Source of the DNA: Candidatus Bathyarchaeia archaeon
Lineage (GTDB): Archaea; Thermoproteota; Bathyarchaeia; Bathyarchaeales; Bathycorpusculaceae
Direction: 5' to 3'
Assembly: GCA_038883795.1 (NCBI GenBank)
Contig: JAVZLK010000001.1
Location: 128,001 to 192,000 of the forward strand
Length of the DNA stretch: 64,000 bases
Part shown: positions 49,020-58,806 of the stretch, piece by piece
How positions within the stretch are numbered: the stretch's first letter is position 1
How the letters are laid out: each line of letters opens with the position of its first letter
Program-made: the position numbers and the translations under genes
The notes under the pieces: generated by a model
Seen by the model: only the letters and a program-made list of their open reading frames with translations
Database searches by the model: none
What the model was told of the DNA's origin: nothing

Positions 49020-49844
49020 TTATTTAATTAATAGTGAAGGGAACATCCACTTTTTCTTCTTTTTGCGTTTCTTCTTGTCCCATTCGTAGAGTATTTTTGT
49101 GGCTTCGTTGGCTATTTTTATGGCGTTTTCTTCGCCTGCTCCGGGTTTAAATTCGTTTTTGCATCTATTAGCATAAACAGCGCATATGGATCCTGCCCTT
49201 AGCCCGTAAAGGTTTGCTAACGTGTAAAGTGTGGCTGCTTCCATTTCGAAGTTTAACACTTTTGCCTTTTGCAAAGTTAAAAACAAGTCTTCCATGTGCA
49301 GTGAATAGCCCTTAACTGTTGGGCGGTTTTGTCCAGCGTAAAAGTCTGCTGTCGTTGCAGTTACGCCAACATGATAATTGCTTATGCCAAGGCTTTCAGC
49401 CGCCTCAATTAAGGCCAACAGAACTTCATAGTTTGCGAAAGCTGGATACTCCGGTATAACGTAACAGTTGCTTGTATAATCCAAGCGGACAGCAGCAGAA
49501 GAAATAATCACGTCGCCACAGTTTATGTCTTCTTGTATGGCGCCGGTGCTGCCCACACGAATAAAGGTACGCACACCAACACGCGAAGCCTCGTTAACAA
49601 CAATTGCCATGCAAGCCGGGCCAATGCCACTTGAAAGGGCAGAAATTGGAACTCCTTTATATTTGCCTGTGAAACTTCGGAATTCGCGGTGGCAAGAAAC
49701 TTCTTTTGCGAATTCCCAAAAAGAGGCAATCTTTGAAACACGGTCCGGATCTCCGGGCACGAGTAAATACTCAGCTAAATCGCCTTTCTTAAATGCAATG
49801 TGGTATTGTTTTTCAGATGGTATTGAGTGCATTCTGTTCACCAT
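49020..49844 (-). CDS. udp: Uridine/nucleoside phosphorylase
   Basis: QYHI, PGDPDRV, REF, IRVGSTG, FYAGQ.R, NFEMEAA. Confidence 0.88.
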   Translation of the reverse strand: MVNRMHSIPSEKQYHIAFKKGDLAEYLLVPGDPDRVSKIASFWEFAKEVSCHREFRSFTGKYKGVPISALSSGIGPACMAIVVNEASRVGVRTFIRVGSTGAIQEDINCGDVIISSAAVRLDYTSNCYVIPEYPAFANYEVLLALIEAAESLGISNYHVGVTATTADFYAGQNRPTVKGYSLHMEDLFLTLQKAKVLNFEMEAATLYTLANLYGLRAGSICAVYANRCKNEFKPGAGEENAIKIANEATKILYEWDKKKRKKKKKWMFPSLLIK

Positions 49845-49851
49845 AGGAGAA

Positions 49852-50835
49852 TTAACCCTTTCTGGGCATTACTAAATCTGCTATGTCAACACTGTGCTCA
49901 TAAATCTGCCTTAACATCGAGGCAGCAGCAAGAATGTTAGGCATAATTTCCAAAGGCTGCTCCTTAGCAACCTTTTCCACACTCGTAAATATTTTTTCAA
50001 CCTTTTCTCGCTCACCACGCACCTTCTCCGCTAAACCTACATCGCCCGCCAAAAAAGCCTTCAAAGCGTCTTCATGCGCTTGGAAACAAGCAAGGTGAAG
50101 GTCAACGAAGGTTTTCTTAAAGTTTTCAGCCAAAGTCTTGCCCTTCAACTCAATTGTTTTTAATGCCACCCTAACGCATTCATCGCCAATGGCTTCTACT
50201 AAACTTGCTACGAGGCGATAGTCTAAACATTCTATGGGGCGTACTCCTAGTTTTTCGCTTAAGCTTGGGTTTTGAATTATTGTTCGGAGAATGCGCACTA
50301 AAAGGAAATAAAGGCGATTCACTTCGTCGTCGCGGGCTATAACAGCCTTTGCTAAGTGCACGTCTCCATCCACCAAAGCATTAACAACATCGCGGTGCAT
50401 GCCTGCAGCAATCGTGTAGCCTCTTCGAAGAATTTTTTCAGGCGGAAAACCTGAGGGTTCCAACAAACATTGTAGGACTATGCGGGAATAATCTTCTTCC
50501 ACAATTTCTAAACCAATAAGTCGACTAACAGCATTTTTAACTATATCGCGAACCTCAAAGCTAATACGCTCTTTCGCCTCGATAGTAATAATGTCAAACC
50601 CTAAGAGATACTTCGCTATGATTTCCCGACTCAGATAAAGGCTAGGCCCCAAAGTAATAGCACGGGGAGAAAGCTCTGCGCCATATTCGGGATCTATAAG
50701 GAGCTTGCCCTCGCTGGTTTCACTGACTGCCACAACAGAGCCAGGTTTAAAGCCGTGGCGTTCAGCCCAGCGCTTAGGCAGACAAACGAAGAATGTGCCG
50801 CTTGGAGTACGTTGGACTTTACGTAATTCGCTCAT
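49852..50835 (-). CDS. AbrB + PhoU phosphate-uptake regulator
   Basis: RKVQRT..FFVCLPKRWA (AbrB), RDDEVNRLYFLLVR (PhoU); ATG at 50835 preferred. Confidence 0.87.
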   Translation of the reverse strand: MSELRKVQRTPSGTFFVCLPKRWAERHGFKPGSVVAVSETSEGKLLIDPEYGAELSPRAITLGPSLYLSREIIAKYLLGFDIITIEAKERISFEVRDIVKNAVSRLIGLEIVEEDYSRIVLQCLLEPSGFPPEKILRRGYTIAAGMHRDVVNALVDGDVHLAKAVIARDDEVNRLYFLLVRILRTIIQNPSLSEKLGVRPIECLDYRLVASLVEAIGDECVRVALKTIELKGKTLAENFKKTFVDLHLACFQAHEDALKAFLAGDVGLAEKVRGEREKVEKIFTSVEKVAKEQPLEIMPNILAAASMLRQIYEHSVDIADLVMPRKG

Positions 50836-50918
50836 TTCAATCACTAATCGTAAATTTGCTGCATACCTATAATATAAACGCATCTAAATAAAAAATTAAA
50901 ATACAAACGTAAATGTGA

Positions 50919-51515
50919 GTGTTAGAATTGAAAAAATCAATTATAATAGGTATAGATTTAGCGGGAACCCCCAAAAATCCAACGGGATGGGCTTTGTGGA
51001 AGGATAAAATGGTGAAAACGGCTTTAGTTTATACAGACGAGGAAATTCTTGAGGGTGTTTTAAGCCATGCGCCATCCATTGTGGCGATAGACGCTCCGTT
51101 AAGGCTGCCGAAAGAGGGAATTTTAAGGAAGGCAGATAAAGAAATGATAAGGCTAGGATACAGGGTTTTTCCGCCAAGCCTCCCAGCAATGAAAAAGCTA
51201 ACATTACGGGCCATAAAAATAAACAAGTTAATACTGGAAAAAAGCTATAAAATAATAGAAGTACACCCAACGTCAACCAGAAAGGCTTTGAGCATGCCCT
51301 TAAAAGAGTGGGAAAGAATTCAAATAGCCTTGCAGACTTTAGGAGTAGAAGGAGACATAAAAACTCGCCCTTTGACGTCTCATGAAATCGATGCAGTAAC
51401 AGCAGCCTTAACGGCCTATCTCCACATGCAAAACCTAACCGAAGCGATAGGAGACGCAGAAGAAGGCTTCATAATCGTTCCTAAAAAAATGGATTGGAGA
51501 ACCCTAAAAATATGA
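50919..51515 (+). CDS. DUF429 RNase H-fold protein
   Basis: GIDLA, VAIDAPL, IEVHP, HEIDAV. Confidence 0.85.
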   Translation: MLELKKSIIIGIDLAGTPKNPTGWALWKDKMVKTALVYTDEEILEGVLSHAPSIVAIDAPLRLPKEGILRKADKEMIRLGYRVFPPSLPAMKKLTLRAIKINKLILEKSYKIIEVHPTSTRKALSMPLKEWERIQIALQTLGVEGDIKTRPLTSHEIDAVTAALTAYLHMQNLTEAIGDAEEGFIIVPKKMDWRTLKI

Positions 51516-53065
51516 GCCAAAATGAAAAGTTGCATAAAGCTGTGGAATTAACTATTGAGGCAGGATACCAACTTGACAAAGACGCTTTCGAATTCCTAAG
51601 CAGTTTGGCGGCAAAAGAGGACCCTACAGAAATCATAAATAAAGCCCTACAAAAAATTGGAATGATGAAAGAAAAACCGCTTTTCATTGGTAGATCCTTT
51701 CTGGAAGAATTGGTAAAAGAACAAAAACCGAAAGAGGAGGTTCTTATTCAACAAATAGAACCATCCCCAACGATACAGGAAACTGTGCCACCTTTTGGGA
51801 AAGGAAAATTCCACCCATTTGCAAAAGACATTGAAGCACGCATTAAGGTAATTGATAACCCAGCGGAAAAGTTAAGCTCAAGCGGAACGATGGAGGATTA
51901 TCTGCAATATTTTCAAGATAGATTTAAGCGCATAGAAAAATTGCTAAGGCAACGAATAGATGTTAAAAGTGCAACTTCAATAATTGAAGCCCTAAAATCT
52001 CCTCCAAACACCCGTTTAAAAGTAATTGGCATGGTCACAGAAAAGAGAGAAGCAAAACAGAAAATCTTGTTAACAGTTGAGGATTTGAATGCAAGCGCTA
52101 CAATGTTAGTGCCTCAAACCGCACCAGAAGAAGTTTTGAAAAAGGCACGTTGCCTCCTCCTTGATCAAGTTGTCTGTTTTAGTGTTGTAAAAACAAGAGG
52201 CAACCTATTAATAGTTGAAGATATAATCTTGCCAGACATAGCACAGAAAACACCTCATACGGCGCCAATTCCAGTTTACGCTGTACTCACCTCGGATATG
52301 CATGTGGGCAGCACAAAATTTCAAAAAAAGGCTTTTAACCGCTTTCTTTTATGGCTTAATGGCGAATATGGAAACGAAAAAATGAGAGAGATAGCAAGCC
52401 ACGTCAAATATATTTTAGTGGCAGGCGATATTGTGGACGGTATAGGAGTTTATCCAAACCAAGTTAAAGAATTAGCAATAAAAAATATCGATGAGCAGTA
52501 TAGGCTTGCCCAAGAATATTTTGAAAACATTCCAGAATACATCGAAGTGACGGTCATACCAGGAAACCATGATGCCCCCAGAAAAGCGCTGCCACAACCA
52601 CCCATAAAGAACCCTTTCTTGGAAACACTACAAGAAAACCGAAAATTCTATTCCCTTGGAAACCCTTGCACCATAAGCCTTCACGACGTTGAAGTTCTGT
52701 TATACCACGGTCGCAGCTTAGACGACGTCATCCCCACAGTTCCCGAAATGGATCCCAACCAGCCTGAAAAAGCAATGAAGCTATTACTACAGAGTCGCCA
52801 TTTAGCGCCCACATATGGCGAAAAAACACCCATCTCCCCTGAAAACAGAGACTGCCTAGTTATTGAGCGCGTTCCCGACATTTTCCATGCCGGTCACATA
52901 CACGCATTAGGCTATACATCTTATCGTGGAGTCTTAATTGTAAATTCAGGAGGATGGCAAGAGCAAACAGATTATATGAGAAGAATGGGCTTTGTTCCAA
53001 CGCCCGGAAAAGTTCCCGTAGTTAATCTCCAAACACTGGAGGTCAATATCCTTTCATTCTCTTAA
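51512..53065 (+). CDS. polB: DNA polymerase D small subunit (DP1, proofreading exonuclease)
   Basis: YFQDRF, SDMHVGS, GDIVDGIGVYPNQ, PGNHD, HGRS, RHLAPTYG, HAGHIH, WQEQT. Confidence 0.95.
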   Translation: MSQNEKLHKAVELTIEAGYQLDKDAFEFLSSLAAKEDPTEIINKALQKIGMMKEKPLFIGRSFLEELVKEQKPKEEVLIQQIEPSPTIQETVPPFGKGKFHPFAKDIEARIKVIDNPAEKLSSSGTMEDYLQYFQDRFKRIEKLLRQRIDVKSATSIIEALKSPPNTRLKVIGMVTEKREAKQKILLTVEDLNASATMLVPQTAPEEVLKKARCLLLDQVVCFSVVKTRGNLLIVEDIILPDIAQKTPHTAPIPVYAVLTSDMHVGSTKFQKKAFNRFLLWLNGEYGNEKMREIASHVKYILVAGDIVDGIGVYPNQVKELAIKNIDEQYRLAQEYFENIPEYIEVTVIPGNHDAPRKALPQPPIKNPFLETLQENRKFYSLGNPCTISLHDVEVLLYHGRSLDDVIPTVPEMDPNQPEKAMKLLLQSRHLAPTYGEKTPISPENRDCLVIERVPDIFHAGHIHALGYTSYRGVLIVNSGGWQEQTDYMRRMGFVPTPGKVPVVNLQTLEVNILSFS

Positions 53066-53595
53066 GATAAACCACGTGCAATCAACCGTGCAACCCGAAG
53101 GGGTTCGGGAATTCTGCCAAAAAGGCGCAAAGAACGCACAAAGCTAGAAGCCCACCTAACATTTGTGCCCACCGTTTCCATATACAATGGAGCTTCGCCT
53201 TTCTTGATGTGGATTTTATAAACTGGGCCAAGCCTTTGAAACACTCCCCAGCGCGCCTCCCAATCTTTAAAATGTCTTTTGAGGGCACGTTTTACCGCTT
53301 TGTTATTTGGTTTTGTTTGCGCTATTATGAGAAGGGGCTTTCTGAATTTTTCGTGAATCAGCATTGGATCGATAAGGTTGAAACCAGCATAAGATACACC
53401 AGCTAACAGAATGGCATCGAATTCCCAATCCTCTAGGATTTCGGCAAGCTTTTCCGTCGCGTCTAATCCATCAACCGTTATTTTTGTGACTTTCACGTTT
53501 TCAATGGTAAATTGTCTTAGCAAAACTATGGCGAGAAGAGTTTCGCGGGTTACTCCTTTCTGGAAACTTCCGTCTTCAACCCCCACGGTTAGCAT
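53062..53595 (-). CDS. DUF99 endonuclease V-like protein
   Basis: VGVEDG, VDGLDAT, GVSYAGFN, IPEPLRVARLIA. Confidence 0.87.
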   Translation of the reverse strand: MLTVGVEDGSFQKGVTRETLLAIVLLRQFTIENVKVTKITVDGLDATEKLAEILEDWEFDAILLAGVSYAGFNLIDPMLIHEKFRKPLLIIAQTKPNNKAVKRALKRHFKDWEARWGVFQRLGPVYKIHIKKGEAPLYMETVGTNVRWASSFVRSLRLFGRIPEPLRVARLIARGLS

Positions 53596-54820
53596 GTTTT
53601 GAAAGGCTTTTTGTTTCATATTCCACCAGACGCCCAAGTCTAGGGTCATTAGCGAAAACGTCTCTAATAAGAGTGCGCGCTATTTCTAGCCTAATTTTTT
53701 TCGTTCTTCCATACCGTCCCATGCTTATAACCTTAGCATTCACAAGCCCCATAGAATCTAGCTCATTCACCAAAGTGCTCAGCCGCCGTTGTGTTAAAGG
53801 GGTAACGCCCACTTCTCCACAAAGTTCCGCATACACATCATATATCTCGCCTGTAATGGCGCTATGAATGTTCGCCCTATTCAAATGATATACGCTCAAG
53901 ATCACAAGCTTTGAATGCAAAGTTAAATTCCGTAAGGCCTCGACAACTCGGTTGTGTTCAATGTGTTTTTCAGCTTCTCGAACATGCTCTTCAGCTACAA
54001 AACTTGCTCCCTTCCGTTCGGCAACCTCCCCAGCAACACGCAACAAATCTAAGGCTCGCCGCGCATCACCATGTTCTGCAGCTGCCAAAGCAGCGCAAAG
54101 GCTTATAGCTGCTTCAGATAAAGCGCCGTCGTGAAAGGCTAGTTTAGCCCGTTCCAACAAAATGTTTCCCAATTCACTAGCATCGTAGGGCCTAAAAACA
54201 ATTTCTTCCTCGCTTAAGGAACTAAAAACTCTTGGGTCCAGAAACTCTTTCAGGCGAAGATCATTTGATATACCCACAATGGACGCTTTACTATTACGCA
54301 AATTTTCATTTATTCTTGTCAACTCATAAAGGAGATTATCTCCGCGTACTTTTACTAGAGCGTCAATTTCATCTAAAGCGACAATAAAAACAATTTTTAA
54401 AACATCTAAACCAGCTTTAAATCTATCAAAGACTTCACCGACAGATAAACCAGTAAACGGAACATGCACACCTATACTTTGGCATAATCCAGAAAAAACG
54501 CGGTATTCAGAGCCAGCCATGCGACAGTTTACATAACAGAATTTGACAGGAGCGTTAAACTCCTTAGCTTTTTCCTCTAAATGACTTAAAACATATTTTG
54601 TTACCGCCGTCTTGCCTGTACCAGTTTTTCCATATATAAAAACGTTGGAGCATCTAGACCCTTTAAGAACTGGGGCAACTGTTTCCCCGAGTCGTGTAAT
54701 TTGTTCTTCTCTATGAGGAAGTTTATCAGGTAAGTAATCATGCCGCAAGACCTCTCTGTTTTTGAAGATTTTATTATTTGAAATAAATTTCTCGAACACG
54801 TCGTCAAGGATGTTGCTCAT
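53576..54820 (-). CDS. cdc6: Orc1/Cdc6 replication initiator
   Basis: IFKNREVL..LPHRE, YGKTGTGKT, LDEID, HGDARRALDLLR, GRYGRT wing. Confidence 0.97.
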   Translation of the reverse strand: MSNILDDVFEKFISNNKIFKNREVLRHDYLPDKLPHREEQITRLGETVAPVLKGSRCSNVFIYGKTGTGKTAVTKYVLSHLEEKAKEFNAPVKFCYVNCRMAGSEYRVFSGLCQSIGVHVPFTGLSVGEVFDRFKAGLDVLKIVFIVALDEIDALVKVRGDNLLYELTRINENLRNSKASIVGISNDLRLKEFLDPRVFSSLSEEEIVFRPYDASELGNILLERAKLAFHDGALSEAAISLCAALAAAEHGDARRALDLLRVAGEVAERKGASFVAEEHVREAEKHIEHNRVVEALRNLTLHSKLVILSVYHLNRANIHSAITGEIYDVYAELCGEVGVTPLTQRRLSTLVNELDSMGLVNAKVISMGRYGRTKKIRLEIARTLIRDVFANDPRLGRLVEYETKSLSKHANRGG

Positions 54821-55574
54821 GCGAGCCCCTCGGTAACTTTAGTGGTAAAACCCCTATTTCCGGTAGAAAAATAAGCTCTACCATACAAAAAACTAAATGT
54901 TCAACACAAAAATCCTAAAACAAAACTTTGCACATTTACTTGCAGTTTTGGTTAATGAAACACACACCCCACAATTTCTTTTGGAACTCTGTAAGTTTCA
55001 GAATAACTTTTGAGATTCCTGTTAGCTAGGAATATACTCTGAAAGGTTAGAGGACATCATTTTACTATAATACTTATTGTAAAAGTTTTTTGACAAACAC
55101 TAAAAACATAATTTACAACAAAAATGTGTAAAAGGAAATTTTTCCACAAGAAATGAAGGGGTGCCGCTAAAACAAAAATGAACAACAGCTAATACTAAAT
55201 TTCATATTATATTACCTAATTTTCACTTTCGCACTTTAATGCGCCTCTCGCTAAGTTCACAATTTGTAAAGATCTTGTGAAATTAACTTAATAACGCCTC
55301 TTTTTCGACTCCACTTTTCTAAATATTTACTTTTTCTTGCTTCTTTTATGTGAACCGGCCACCCCTTCACTTCCGGTGGAAATAGACATTATTCCATGTT
55401 TTTATTTCTAATTCTCTTCTAGAGAATATGTGAAGTCAGTAAAGTCAAAAACGTTAAAATTTTTCCTTCTTTTTTCTTTTCCTCTATTTAATACACTTTT
55501 TCATTTTTTCTGATCTACCATAACAGCTATAACTTGTGAAGTGTAAATTGTGAAACACCTATGGTGCTTCGCTG
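54821..55574. other. Chromosomal replication origin (oriC)
   Basis: About 750-bp AT-rich intergenic region upstream of cdc6 with four ORB-like TTCYN4GAAN2-4GGGG boxes: 54850-54869(-), 54966-54987(-), 55141-55166(+), 55357-55382(-); the last two are inverted around an AT-rich core. Confidence 0.9.
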
Positions 55575-56006
55575 ATGCCAGCTAAAAAAATGCGTGTAGA
55601 GCTCTACGATGGCGAGGGCAATAAATATACGGTGTCCTTTGAAGGTCAAATAACTAGGGAAAAGGCTCTCCGCCTATTGGATATGGTAGAGCTTTTGGGT
55701 GGGGTATCAGCAAGTGAAGGAAACCCAGGGACACCTATCCCTGTGACGTCCGACCAGTTAAATAAGTATAGCAAAGTTCGTATGCTAATTCAGAAACATT
55801 TTCCGTTAGTTTGGTTTTCTTCTCGGGATGTTCAGTTAGTTTATGAGCAAGAATTAAAGGAGCCTATAAGTCTTAGCACTGTTGCAACATACCTTTATAG
55901 AATGGCAAGCAAAGGGATGCTTGCTAAAGCTGGGGCCTCTAATCGTTTGAAATACAAGTTGATGCCCACTTATCCGCAAATATTGCCTAAACAGCAGACA
56001 CCATGA
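55575..56006 (+). CDS. Origin-adjacent protein: small N-terminal domain plus C-terminal winged HTH
   Basis: WFSSRDVQ..YEQ..ISLSTVATYLYRM..G.L....R.KY wHTH pattern; divergent from cdc6. Confidence 0.75.
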   Translation: MPAKKMRVELYDGEGNKYTVSFEGQITREKALRLLDMVELLGGVSASEGNPGTPIPVTSDQLNKYSKVRMLIQKHFPLVWFSSRDVQLVYEQELKEPISLSTVATYLYRMASKGMLAKAGASNRLKYKLMPTYPQILPKQQTP

Positions 56007-56013
56007 TACCCCT

Positions 56014-56733
56014 TTATTTGGCTTCTGTTTCCTTCTTTTTTAGAATGTTTTCCATTTCCTTCTTCACGTTATATTTGAATGGAATTTTGCTTGTATCCCT
56101 CTCCAAGTACCCTCCTTCGTAAAGCTTCTTCATCAACCGCGCTGTATGTTCTCGGCTGAGCTTGATGCGCTCTTTTATTTCAGGCGCGGTTTTAGGGCCT
56201 TCAGAAGCCAACATTTCCAGAACAGCCAATTCTGTTTCTGTGAGAGGGGCTAAGGCCTTTTCTCTTTTTATGGGTATTACCGCCTCAATTTTTGCCTCGG
56301 GAACCATAGAAAACTGTCGAGTTTGCTCCTCAACTTCCGAGACCTTCGAATTTAACTTTTCAAATGCCGCAGAAAGAGCACTTACTCTTTCATCAACTTC
56401 ACCAAGTCTTTTTGAAATTTCCTCTTTATGTTCTAGAACTTTACTTACTTTTTCCTCTAAAGATTGAACCCTCTTAGAAGTTTCTTCCGTTTTGTTTAAT
56501 GCTCTTTCACTTTTTGAGGAAAGGGCTTCAACTTTATAAACCACCAACTCCATCCTTTCAGCTTCGCGCTTTAACTCTTTATTAAAGCTCACTACAATGT
56601 CGCCAATGATTTCCCTTGCCTTTTCATATTCTTTCCGCACCTTTTGCACCTGTCTATAGTACTCAACAGCAGCCCATACAGTTATGACAACCAAACTTCC
56701 AACAAGAATCAAAGGCGTATCCAAATGGAACAC
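56014..56733 (-). CDS. Membrane-anchored coiled-coil protein with C-terminal winged HTH
   Basis: N-terminal TM LILVGSLVVITVWAAV, about 110-aa heptad coiled coil, LTETELAVLEML..TAPEI..LSREHTARLMKKLYEGGYLER. Confidence 0.8.
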   Translation of the reverse strand: MFHLDTPLILVGSLVVITVWAAVEYYRQVQKVRKEYEKAREIIGDIVVSFNKELKREAERMELVVYKVEALSSKSERALNKTEETSKRVQSLEEKVSKVLEHKEEISKRLGEVDERVSALSAAFEKLNSKVSEVEEQTRQFSMVPEAKIEAVIPIKREKALAPLTETELAVLEMLASEGPKTAPEIKERIKLSREHTARLMKKLYEGGYLERDTSKIPFKYNVKKEMENILKKKETEAK

Positions 56734-56739
56734 CTCACT

Positions 56740-57010
56740 TGTGATTTATATGTGATTACGCATAATCCAAGCATGTTACATCACACATCACAGTTTTTAA
56801 CATAAAAGATTTAAAGATTACGGTCAAATCGGAACTATAAGATTCGATGACATCACACATCACAATAATCGAGGCAAACACTTGATACTAAATGATACAT
56901 TAAAAGTCAGCTTTTTAGGAGTTCTTGATTTTTCCGCCCTAATTTGCGCCCCAATTAGCATAGTGAATTAAAGAGTACTTTTCCCTTGCATGTGACTTGT
57001 GATGTCACAT
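56740..57010. repeat. Heptad TGTGATG/CATCACA repeat array
   Basis: ACATCACACATCACA at 56778-56792 and 56850-56864; TGTGAT at 56740 and 56751; TGTGACT-TGTGATG-TCACAT at 56991-57010. Confidence 0.75.
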
Positions 57011-57484
57011 AAAGCCCTCAGCGGGGTTTGAAAGCTTTTTTAAACTGTTTTCAAGCTCTTCCCTAACCATCTTAATGAGTTTTAAATGTTCATCAAGTTC
57101 GCTGCCCTTGTTTGGTATATCCTTGTATGCTTCCATAAACTCGTGTAATTTGTTTGCTATTTCGAGATATGGATCGAGCGTTGTGTCTTCAAACACTCCT
57201 AAGTATCCTAGGAGCAGTATGGTGTAGATTGATTTTATGACGTTTTCTTTTGCTTGTTTTAAGGTTCTGTTAAAGGCTCCGCGGCTTATTTTTGCCTTTG
57301 ATAGCCTTAATCTGGCTTTTTCGTCGTATTTTAGTTGTTTGCCTGAAATATTCTCGGCTAATATGTCAATAAGCAATGTTTCAAGCTGAGTTTTTGTTAA
57401 GTGACTGTTTTTGGCGAGCGTTCTCACAATAGGGTCGTTTAATGCGTTTGTTAACCAGGCTTGGACATTTTCTTTAAGCTTCAA
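57005..57484 (-). CDS. Helical HTH-like (Tfx/sigma-4-like) hypothetical protein
   Basis: LTKTQLETLL..ISRGAFNRTLKQAKENVIKSIYT; TTG start. Confidence 0.65.
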   Translation of the reverse strand: MKLKENVQAWLTNALNDPIVRTLAKNSHLTKTQLETLLIDILAENISGKQLKYDEKARLRLSKAKISRGAFNRTLKQAKENVIKSIYTILLLGYLGVFEDTTLDPYLEIANKLHEFMEAYKDIPNKGSELDEHLKLIKMVREELENSLKKLSNPAEGFM

Positions 57485-57627
57485 GCTTTTCTCTCCACAG
57501 ACTTGCTGGATGGATACACTTTTGTATACAATTATTATTTTAACTTATCGAGTGCTATGATGAAAAGTATGCTTTGCTAACACAAACATTTTATGTTAAA
57601 GGAAATAGTGTAGGATGAGGATGTCCT

Positions 57628-58800
57628 TTGAATTTAAACTTTAAGCCCGCAGATCGCCTAAAAGGCATAAAATATTCTGGAATACGCCGCTTTTTTGAAA
57701 TAGCCCAAAAAATGCCAAATGTTATCAATTTGAGCGTCGGTGAACCCGATTTTGCGCCGCCAAAGCACGCTTTAGATGCCGGTTGGCAAGCCATGAAAGA
57801 AGGTAAAACCCATTATACACCAACTAATGGGATTCCTGAGCTTAGAGAGGCTTTAGCGCGGAAAGCCTATCAAGACTATGGTCTCCAATACGATTCAAAC
57901 GCTGAAATACTTGTTACTGTAGGCGGGACTGAGGCTATTTCTTTGGCCGTTGCTGGGCTGGTGAATCCCGGTGATGAAGTGCTGATTCCAAACCCCGGAT
58001 TTGTTTGTTATGAACCAAGTGTTCTCTTGGCAGGCGGTGTTCCTGTTTATGTTCCTTTGCGGGAGGAAAATTCTTTCAAACCGTCTGTTGAGGATGTGAT
58101 ATCGCGTATCACGAAAAGGTCACGTGTGATGATACTAAACTATCCTAACAACCCTACGGGTGCTGTTCTTTCTCATGATGAAGCAGCCACTTTGGCGAAA
58201 ATTGCTGTAGAGCATGATCTGCTTGTGATTTCAGATGAGGTTTATGAGAAAATAGTTTATGATGACGCTAAACATAGTTGCTTTGCGGCTTTTCCTGGAA
58301 TGCGAGAACGCACTCTCGTCATTAACTCTTTCTCTAAAACTTATGCCATGACGGGTTTGCGTGTTGGGTACATTTATGGACCAAAAGAGCTTATTTTTTT
58401 TCTTTGGCTCGTTCATCAGTATACTGTTGCCTGTGTAGATAGTCTCGCACAACATATCGCCTTAGCAGCATTGAAAGGTTCACAAGACTTTGTTAAAAAT
58501 ATGGTGCAAGAGTTTGATAGGCGAAGACAATTAGTGCATAAAAGGCTTATGGAAATTGAGGGTTTTAATTGTAGTCTCCCCAAAGGCGCTTTTTATGTTT
58601 TCCCAAACATAAAAGCCTTTGGCATGAGTTCAGAGGAGTTTGCTGAGTTCCTTGTGAAAGAAGCGGGCGTTGTGACTGTTCCAGGGTCTGCATTCGGCGT
58701 TCATGGTGAAGGACATATAAGAATTTCCTATGCTGCGGCGTATGAAAAATTAGAAGAAGCATTAAACCGTATAGAAAGAGCTGTTAAAAAGATTAAGTAA
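57628..58800 (+). CDS. Class I/II PLP aminotransferase (AspAT-like)
   Basis: GEPDF, NYPNNPTG, SDEVY, SFSKTYAMTGLRVG. Confidence 0.93.
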   Translation: MNLNFKPADRLKGIKYSGIRRFFEIAQKMPNVINLSVGEPDFAPPKHALDAGWQAMKEGKTHYTPTNGIPELREALARKAYQDYGLQYDSNAEILVTVGGTEAISLAVAGLVNPGDEVLIPNPGFVCYEPSVLLAGGVPVYVPLREENSFKPSVEDVISRITKRSRVMILNYPNNPTGAVLSHDEAATLAKIAVEHDLLVISDEVYEKIVYDDAKHSCFAAFPGMRERTLVINSFSKTYAMTGLRVGYIYGPKELIFFLWLVHQYTVACVDSLAQHIALAALKGSQDFVKNMVQEFDRRRQLVHKRLMEIEGFNCSLPKGAFYVFPNIKAFGMSSEEFAEFLVKEAGVVTVPGSAFGVHGEGHIRISYAAAYEKLEEALNRIERAVKKIK

Positions 58801-58806
58801 ACTCTT

